From positions 347,382 through 411,381 of the forward strand of contig BOKZ01000001.1 in assembly GCA_016861245.1 (NCBI GenBank): a stretch of 64,000 nucleotides of DNA. The letters are read 5' to 3'. This DNA comes from Patescibacteria group bacterium (GTDB taxonomy: Bacteria; Patescibacteriota; UBA1384; 2-12-FULL-50-11). Under the pieces are notes generated by a model, which saw only the letters and a program-made list of their open reading frames with translations, was not told the origin of the DNA and did not search any database. The position numbers were made by a program, and so were the translations under genes. Position 1 is the first letter of the stretch. Each line of letters begins with the position of its first letter. Positions 57,315-64,000 of the stretch are shown one piece after another.

Positions 57315-57749
57315 ATGCGCTATCTAGGTTTAGATATCGGCAGTCGGTACATCGGAGTGGCGGTTGGCGAAGCGCTTGCCACTGAATTAACGACGTTGAG
57401 CTGCAAAAAGAACGAATCGTTCTATCTCGGTGAAGCTAAAAAGACTGCGATTGCAGAGCTTCAAACACTACTTGAAGTCGAAGAGGCGAGTGCGTTTGTT
57501 GTTGGGCTACCTGTCAACGAGCGCAATAAACACACAGAAGAATCTAAGAAGATCTCATCGTTTGCGGCTGAACTAGAGAAGAAAGCAAACTGTCAGGTTC
57601 ATTTTGTTAATGAGACGTTAACTAGTTTTATGGCGCAGGAAATTCTGGAATCCCAAGGGATCTCAGCTGCTAACGCCAAAGAGCGGGTTCACCAGGTTTC
57701 GGCGCAGTTAATTTTACAACAATATTTCGAAGAGAATGGTGTTTCTTAA
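57315..57749 (+). CDS. ruvX: RuvX/YqgF pre-16S rRNA nuclease
   Basis: LGLDIGSRYIGVA, VVGLP, NETLTS and SAQLILQQY motifs. Confidence 0.9.
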   Translation: MRYLGLDIGSRYIGVAVGEALATELTTLSCKKNESFYLGEAKKTAIAELQTLLEVEEASAFVVGLPVNERNKHTEESKKISSFAAELEKKANCQVHFVNETLTSFMAQEILESQGISAANAKERVHQVSAQLILQQYFEENGVS

Positions 57750-58650
57750 GCGCGGCGCACTGGTATTGTTGGCTTTACTACTAATTTTTTCAGTGACCTT
57801 TATTTATCTACTTGGTCCGAAAGACGCCGGTAGTACAGATAAAAAGGAAATAAAGATCGTCGCCGGCATGTCGAGGGCGAGTATCGCTCAAACGCTATCA
57901 TCAGAAGGGCTTATTAAGAGTCAGTTTGCTTTTTTTGTATACAGTAAGCTCGTAAAGGGTGTAATTATTCCTGGTACATACGAGCTGTCAGCCGGCGACT
58001 CAGCTAGTACAATTCTTGAACAGCTCAACAAAGGCAAATTTAAAGTCTTCCGCATTACTATCAAAGAAGGTTGGTGGGCGAGCGATATTGAAGCAGAGCT
58101 CATTGAGCAGAAAGGTCTAAAGCAGATGGTCGGATTTGCCGACGCCGCCAAGCAATACGAAGGCTATCTTTTTCCTGATACCTACGAGTTCAAGATTGAC
58201 GAAACTATCGAGGGGGTGATCGAGCGTTTACGCGATAATTTTGAATTGCGCACCAAGGAGTTACGAGTCGACCCAGACGTAGTAATTCTAGCCTCAATTA
58301 TCGAGCGCGAAGCTAAGGGTCCGAGCGATCGAGCTGCGATCGCAGGAGTCTACGTCAATCGGTTAAAGAAAGGCATGAGACTCGAGGCAGACGCGACGAT
58401 ACAGTACGCTAAAGGGTCGTCGAAATCGATCGTAACCGTTGATGATTATCGTAACGTTATCTCCCCGTATAATACCTACCTCAACGACGGCTTACCTCCC
58501 GGTCCAATCGCTAATCCTGGGCTAGAGAGTATTAAAGCAGTTCTAAACCCAGAAACTCACGATTACTTCTACTATTTTCACGCAAAAGGCGAGACGATTT
58601 TTTCAAAAACCTACGAGGAGCACCGAGCTAAGGTTAAACAGTATTTCTAA
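57736..58650 (+). CDS. mltG: Endolytic transglycosylase MltG
   Basis: EGYLFPDTY, LASIIERE and SPYNTY..GLPPGPIANPG motifs. Confidence 0.93.
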   Translation: MVFLKRGALVLLALLLIFSVTFIYLLGPKDAGSTDKKEIKIVAGMSRASIAQTLSSEGLIKSQFAFFVYSKLVKGVIIPGTYELSAGDSASTILEQLNKGKFKVFRITIKEGWWASDIEAELIEQKGLKQMVGFADAAKQYEGYLFPDTYEFKIDETIEGVIERLRDNFELRTKELRVDPDVVILASIIEREAKGPSDRAAIAGVYVNRLKKGMRLEADATIQYAKGSSKSIVTVDDYRNVISPYNTYLNDGLPPGPIANPGLESIKAVLNPETHDYFYYFHAKGETIFSKTYEEHRAKVKQYF

Positions 58651-59294
58651 TGGCATATGCTGTTACTCTATTAATAATAGTAAGTGTGACAATACTAATT
58701 CGAAACCGAAAGATTCGAAAACACTACGTACTCGGAGGGCTGTGTGCTCTGCCGTTAGTAATTATCGATCCATTGTTAAGAACTGGGTACTTCGAACAGC
58801 TAACCACGGCGCAGCTGTATCAGTATTTCCTAACCCAAGCGCTGACTGTATTTATGTTTGGGGGTCTTTCAGCGGTTCTTTACGAACTGGTATTTTCGAC
58901 ACACTTTACAAAACAGCGCTCATCGACGCGACAGCACCTATCAGTATTTCTGATTGGCTTAGTAATCGGCATGTCGCTATTCCTATTTGGAGTCGTCCCA
59001 TTGGTGACAGCGGTAATAGTGGGGTTGGCGATAAATGTGGTTCTGCTTATGCTGCTGCGATCGGATCTATTTTGGGACGCAACGTTTTCCGCGATCGGTA
59101 CAGGGTTGTTGTACGCGGTATTGTTTTCGCTTATAACCCACGGATCTGGTTCCCTGACTAGCCTGTGGTTTACCGAGGGACTAAGCGGCGCAACGGTAGC
59201 TGGACTACCGCTTGAAGAGTTAATCGTGGTGGCGTTATTTGGTGCTTTCTTTGGCCCGATTTACTCGGCGGCTAAGTCGTTGTACGAGCGATGA
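58650..59294 (+). CDS. Polytopic membrane protein (lycopene-cyclase-domain-like)
   Basis: About 7 TM helices; GLPLEE motif. Confidence 0.6.
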   Translation: MAYAVTLLIIVSVTILIRNRKIRKHYVLGGLCALPLVIIDPLLRTGYFEQLTTAQLYQYFLTQALTVFMFGGLSAVLYELVFSTHFTKQRSSTRQHLSVFLIGLVIGMSLFLFGVVPLVTAVIVGLAINVVLLMLLRSDLFWDATFSAIGTGLLYAVLFSLITHGSGSLTSLWFTEGLSGATVAGLPLEELIVVALFGAFFGPIYSAAKSLYER

Positions 59295-61183
59295 AGCTTT
59301 GGCGCTCATGGGCTGAGCATCCTCGAGCGTTTGTCGTTCAGCTATCGCTGGGAGCGCTAGCTACTCTAGCTGCCGCTGGTGTGATGCTATCGTTTGTGTC
59401 GCCCAAGGTTCAAAATACGCTGATCGCGTCGCAAAATAGCCGCGCGGAACTACTAACCGATATTAGAGTTTCATTTTCTTTACCGGTCTCACGCGAAAGT
59501 TTTACGCCGGTTATCACGCCGGAGACCGAGGGGCGTTGGTACTGGGAAGATCCGGTGATCGCCGGTCGGTTATTCCGCACAGTCGTCTTCGAGCCAACCA
59601 GCGCGCTTCAGCCGAACACAACGTATACCGTTACTCTTTCTGGTATCCGTGGGGTGCTTAGCTCCAGTGACGGCACCGCACACACCGTAAGTTTTACGAC
59701 TCAACCGTTGCCATCGATCAAAAGTATTGTCGTCGGCTCGCCACACAAAATTACTGAGCCAGTTGTTGTCGATCTTGATTTCCCTGCCGAGCGTGTTGTC
59801 GAGTACTTTTTCTCATTCAAGCCAGAGTTTGAGTTTGATGTAGTGAGCGCAAAAAACCAGAGTCAATTTCTATTAACTCCGAAGGCACCGTTACAACAAG
59901 GGGTTACGTACGAACTGACTGTCGATAGGGAGATTATTCGGTACGATACCAGTTTGCAAAAAGTCGTACAAAGAGGTACACGCGAACAAGTAGTTACGAA
60001 ACAATTTACTACAACTGAGCCGCTAGGGATTGCTGCTGTTTCGCCTCAAGGAGCTGACGTATTACCCGATCTCTCGAAGCTGACTGTAACATTTGCTCAA
60101 GACGTGTCTGAATCGGCGCTCACTTTTCTTAGTTTGGAGCCTAAAACTGCTGGAAGCTGGGTTCTAGCGAGTGGGCAGGTTGCAGAGTATCGGTTTAACG
60201 AACGTCTCAAGTTTGAAACCACCTACAAGCTAACAGTTCAACCAGGACTACCGTCGTCCGAAGGAAGTACGATCATTAGTGCCGGGACATATTCGTTTTC
60301 CACGGTCGGACCGTTAGAGATCCGCAGTATCGTCCCAACCTCAAAATCAACCGGCGTCTCGAGATCGTCAGTCATTACGATTAAATTCAACCAAGCGGTC
60401 GATAAAAGCTCGGTCGAACGCGCTGTCAGTGTCTCGCCAACCATTACTTACTCCAAGGATTGGAAAGACGACGCTACGCTTCAACTAATTCCTGCCGCGC
60501 CACTCGAGTATTCAACTCAATATACAATCTCGATCGGATCAAGCGCGGCAAGTCGTTATCAAAAAACGATGAGATCGGCGGTTACCAGTACGTTTTCAAC
60601 TGAAGAGAAGATCGTTACGCTTAATGTGACGCTTGATAAACAAGATCGGGCGCTCTCGTGTGAAGCCGCTGCGCTGAAAATGGCCCTGGCGTATCGGGGA
60701 ATTCGTGTGAGCGAAGATGAGATTATGAGTCACATCGGTTACGACCCAACAACCCGGTCTGGGAATGTTTGGGGCGATCCTGATGTAGCATTTGTTGGCG
60801 ATATTAACGGCTCACAAAATAGTACTGGATACGGGGTTCACTGGGCGCCGATTGCAAAAGCCGCGTCTAACTACCGAGCTGCTAAGGCGCAAACTAATAT
60901 GACGCTTCAGGATTTAGCAAGAGAAATCGACGCCGGGAATCCGATTGTTGTCTGGGGAACTCAAGGTAGATCATATTATGATCCTTGGGTAACGCCGAGC
61001 GGTAAAACCATTCCGGCTTGGAAAGGCGAGCACGCACGGACGGTGATCGGTTATAAAGGCAACGTTCAGTCGCCAACAGCAATTATCGTTAACGACCCGA
61101 TCGCTGGGCGAGTTACCTGGAAAGCAGCGGATTTTGACAGTAACTGGGCGAGATTAAGCCGGGCTGGAGTGGTGGTGTATTGA
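59291..61183 (+). CDS. Ig-like repeat protein with a C-terminal C39-like peptidase
   Basis: Repeated F..P...L....TY......SF.T units; SCEAAA, GEHAR and VNDP triad motifs. Confidence 0.82.
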   Translation: MKLWRSWAEHPRAFVVQLSLGALATLAAAGVMLSFVSPKVQNTLIASQNSRAELLTDIRVSFSLPVSRESFTPVITPETEGRWYWEDPVIAGRLFRTVVFEPTSALQPNTTYTVTLSGIRGVLSSSDGTAHTVSFTTQPLPSIKSIVVGSPHKITEPVVVDLDFPAERVVEYFFSFKPEFEFDVVSAKNQSQFLLTPKAPLQQGVTYELTVDREIIRYDTSLQKVVQRGTREQVVTKQFTTTEPLGIAAVSPQGADVLPDLSKLTVTFAQDVSESALTFLSLEPKTAGSWVLASGQVAEYRFNERLKFETTYKLTVQPGLPSSEGSTIISAGTYSFSTVGPLEIRSIVPTSKSTGVSRSSVITIKFNQAVDKSSVERAVSVSPTITYSKDWKDDATLQLIPAAPLEYSTQYTISIGSSAASRYQKTMRSAVTSTFSTEEKIVTLNVTLDKQDRALSCEAAALKMALAYRGIRVSEDEIMSHIGYDPTTRSGNVWGDPDVAFVGDINGSQNSTGYGVHWAPIAKAASNYRAAKAQTNMTLQDLAREIDAGNPIVVWGTQGRSYYDPWVTPSGKTIPAWKGEHARTVIGYKGNVQSPTAIIVNDPIAGRVTWKAADFDSNWARLSRAGVVVY

Positions 61184-61938
61184 TGTATAAGAGTTCTCAA
61201 TTTGCTTATGTTGTGGCGATCGGTCTGTTTATTGGTATTAGCGGTACGGTTTTATATCTTGGTACAAGTAAGCAAGATATAAAACCGACGTTTACAACTA
61301 CACCAACAAGCAACACGCCGACAGTCGTAAATCCACCGCCCGAAGAGAAAAAAGAACCAGAAGCAAAGAAGCCGCTCCCAACCAGTGCGTTGCTTGAGGT
61401 GCCCTTCTACCCGCAAGCTCCGTTTGGGCGATGGGACGCTATTCACAAAGAAACTTGTGAAGAAGCAAGTTTATTAATGGTCTACACCTATAAGAAAAAG
61501 GAACCGGTGATGGAGCTTGAAGCGCTCGATCGAAAGCTAATCAACTTCGTTGAGTGGCAGACGTTGAGCGGGTACGGTTACGATGTGACAGTCAAAGAAC
61601 TCCGTGACGCCGCACGTTCGTATCTTGGTTTTGACGGCGCTGAAATCATAAAAAACCCAACCGCTGAACAGATTGAGCAAGAGATCGTCGACGGCAATCC
61701 AGTGATTGTGCCCGCGGCTGGCCGTCTTTTGCCAAATCCGTACTTTACTCCTCCAGGACCGCGTTATCATATGCTGGTAGTGATCGGTTACGATAGCGAC
61801 GAGTTTATTACTAACGATCCCGGTACGCGACGAGGGGAGCACTTTCGTTATCAGAAGAACGACTTATTAAACGCCATCCACGACTACACGGCCGGCGACA
61901 TCACCACCGGCAGTCGTAACATCCTGGTGTACCACTAG
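61180..61938 (+). CDS. Membrane-anchored C39-like peptidase
   Basis: VPFYPQAP, TCEEAS, YHMLVVIGY and TNDPG motifs. Confidence 0.85.
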   Translation: MMYKSSQFAYVVAIGLFIGISGTVLYLGTSKQDIKPTFTTTPTSNTPTVVNPPPEEKKEPEAKKPLPTSALLEVPFYPQAPFGRWDAIHKETCEEASLLMVYTYKKKEPVMELEALDRKLINFVEWQTLSGYGYDVTVKELRDAARSYLGFDGAEIIKNPTAEQIEQEIVDGNPVIVPAAGRLLPNPYFTPPGPRYHMLVVIGYDSDEFITNDPGTRRGEHFRYQKNDLLNAIHDYTAGDITTGSRNILVYH

Positions 61939-61985
61939 GACTCGTCATTGATTTTCGACCCCTCATACCATAGAATTCAATCACA

Positions 61986-63026
61986 ATGATTAACCGCTTT
62001 TTCGGTGCATTTTCACATGATATCGGCATCGATTTAGGTACTGCTAACACCCTAGTGTACGTACGCGGTAAAGGGATAGTCATCAACGAGCCGTCGGTTG
62101 TAGCCGTTAACCAAAAAACAAAACAAGTGCTAGCAATCGGTCACGAGGCACAAATTATGGTTGGAAAAACGCCAGGTCATATTGTCGCTACTAGACCGTT
62201 AGTCGACGGCGTCGTTAGCGACTTCGAAATAACCGAGCAAATGTTGAAGTACTTCATCGATCGTGTTCATAAGGAGCGATTCTCTTTTCTCCCTCGTCCC
62301 CGAGTACTGATCGGTATCCCGTACGGCGTAACGGAGGTTGAGCGACGTGCTGTTGAGGAAGCGGCGATGAACGCTGGTGCCCGTCAAGCATTCTTGATCG
62401 AGGAACCGGTCGCTGCGGCGATCGGCGCCCGTCTGCCGATACAGGAAGCTACGGGCAGTATGATCGTCGATATCGGAGGCGGCACAACTGAGGTCGCTGT
62501 TATTTCGATGGGTGGGATAGTCGCGTCGCGTTCGGTGCGGACCGCCGGCGACGAGATGAACCAAGATATTATCGACTTTGCTAGAGATAACTTTAACTTA
62601 CTCCTTGGCGAACGAACGGCTGAAAGGATTAAAATTGAGATCGGGTCAGCATATCCGTTAAAAGATAAGCTTGAGCGTCCGATGCGCGGCCGAGATTTGG
62701 TTAGTGGTTTGCCAAGAGAGGTTATTATCAACGATGAACAAGTTCGACGGGCTATCGCTAAGTCGATAACAATTATTGTTGAATCGGTGAAACAAACCAT
62801 TGAGGAAACCCCACCAGAGCTAGTTGCGGATATTATGGATCGCGGAATCGTTCTGGCCGGCGGCGGCGCGCTGCTTAAAGATATCGACACCCTGATCTCA
62901 CAAGCGACGCAGACGAAAGTTTACATCGCCGACGAACCGTTAACCGCCGTGGCTCGCGGCACCGGGGTCGTATTGGAAGACCTAGAAACATTAGACAGTG
63001 TGCTACTTAGTAGCGCGTTGCGATGA
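61986..63026 (+). CDS. mreB: Rod shape-determining protein MreB
   Basis: IGIDLGTANT, NEPSVVA, DIGGGTT and AGGGALL motifs. Confidence 0.97.
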   Translation: MINRFFGAFSHDIGIDLGTANTLVYVRGKGIVINEPSVVAVNQKTKQVLAIGHEAQIMVGKTPGHIVATRPLVDGVVSDFEITEQMLKYFIDRVHKERFSFLPRPRVLIGIPYGVTEVERRAVEEAAMNAGARQAFLIEEPVAAAIGARLPIQEATGSMIVDIGGGTTEVAVISMGGIVASRSVRTAGDEMNQDIIDFARDNFNLLLGERTAERIKIEIGSAYPLKDKLERPMRGRDLVSGLPREVIINDEQVRRAIAKSITIIVESVKQTIEETPPELVADIMDRGIVLAGGGALLKDIDTLISQATQTKVYIADEPLTAVARGTGVVLEDLETLDSVLLSSALR

Positions 63027-63805
63027 GGAGATTCCGTCGTCGACCGACTACACTTATTATTATTGTTCTCTTAATCATCGTTGCCCAGTTTGCGTTGTTT
63101 AAACCAGTACGCGATGTGGCCCGTAACGCGATCGCTGCCCCAGTAATTGCGTTCGACACATCGGTTCGTAAAGTCCGCACGTTTTTTTCACTGATCGGCT
63201 CAATTACCGAGTTATCGAAAGAGAACGCCGATCTGAAACAACAAAATAACGAACTGCGTGCGCAGCTCTCTAACTTGTCAGCACTAAAAAACGAAAACGA
63301 ATTATTAAAGAAAGATCTCGGATTTTCAAAGACGCGCAGCGATCTCACACTGCTACCAGCCACAATTCTTAATTATTCGCCGGCCGGAACGTTCCAGGCC
63401 CTAACACTCAACCGTGGCACAAAAGACGGTGTTGCGCTCGAGCAAGCGGTTGTCTCAAACGGCTATTTGATCGGAAAAATAAAGAAAGTCAGCGAATCGA
63501 CTTCGGAAGTGTGGCTACTATCTAACCGTAATCTTCTTACCCCTGTCCTATTAACAGAGGGTAAAACTTCCGGGATATTAAAGGGCGGTATTCGCGGGTT
63601 AGTTGTCGATACCATTCCAGTTGATGCTGCAGTAAAAGTCGGTGATTTGGTTGTTACGTCTTCGATGGAGGGTTTGTACCCAGCGGGGATCGCAGTCGGC
63701 ACGATCGAAGAAGTAATCTCTACTAAAGAGGAGATCTTCGTTTCTGCGCGTATCGCCTCGCCGATAAACATCCGAAATATTCAAACGGTTTTTGTGATTA
63801 AGTAA
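63023..63805 (+). CDS. mreC: Rod shape-determining protein MreC
   Basis: TM helix, coiled coil, LNRGTKDGV, GDLVVTS..G.YPAGI. Confidence 0.92.
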   Translation: MRRFRRRPTTLIIIVLLIIVAQFALFKPVRDVARNAIAAPVIAFDTSVRKVRTFFSLIGSITELSKENADLKQQNNELRAQLSNLSALKNENELLKKDLGFSKTRSDLTLLPATILNYSPAGTFQALTLNRGTKDGVALEQAVVSNGYLIGKIKKVSESTSEVWLLSNRNLLTPVLLTEGKTSGILKGGIRGLVVDTIPVDAAVKVGDLVVTSSMEGLYPAGIAVGTIEEVISTKEEIFVSARIASPINIRNIQTVFVIK

Positions 63806-64000
63806 TGATTTATTTTTTCCTTGTTCTGGCCGCGTTGATAGTCGCCAGTCTGACGCTCGGTCCTGTTAGTCACTTTACACTCGCAGGGTACGGTGCACCG
63901 AATTTGGTAGTAATAACCATTTGGGCATTTGTGTGGTTTGGGAATATCCAGATCGCGTATCGTTGGGCGATTATCCTCGGTTTAACGCTGGATTTTGTTA
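63805..64000 (+). CDS. mreD: MreD (partial, runs off the window)
   Basis: ATG overlaps the mreC stop; hydrophobic, APNLV and GLTLDF; follows mreBC. Confidence 0.75.
   Translation, partial: MIYFFLVLAALIVASLTLGPVSHFTLAGYGAPNLVVITIWAFVWFGNIQIAYRWAIILGLTLDFV

Overview
This is a gene-dense chromosomal segment from a bacterium using genetic code 11. Its traits fit Patescibacteria (CPR), which is my inference from the short AlaRS, MiaA and DnaJ, an FtsA followed by a 'baseplate-J-like' protein, pilin-like genes and near-leaderless promoters. Housekeeping genes include rny, rpsA, nrnA, recG, ruvC, yebC, grpE, dnaK, dnaJ, trxB, miaA, secG, alaS, ftsA, ruvX, mltG and mreBCD. The window also has 12 tRNA genes, a dispersed competence/type IV pilus set, a GT4/GH130/GalT/degenerate-GH94 carbohydrate cluster, a topoisomerase IB and many small orphan genes. 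I saw no CRISPR array, integrase, transposase or rRNA. The most unusual signal is five short non-coding inserts (about 65-150 bp including the duplicated target) at the ends of tRNA genes and at the yebC start. Each has the layout target / inverted target copy / hairpin core / target, and four of the five carry a GAGCG(T/C)AG-like core. Other notable items are a shared 16-bp palindrome upstream of dnaK and of the dnaJ operon, a 40-bp duplicated hairpin bracketing an orphan gene, two paralogues with a conserved cytoplasmic leader, and a GH94 homologue with a probable ATA start and no catalytic loop. All product calls come from motif recognition by eye; no searches were run.
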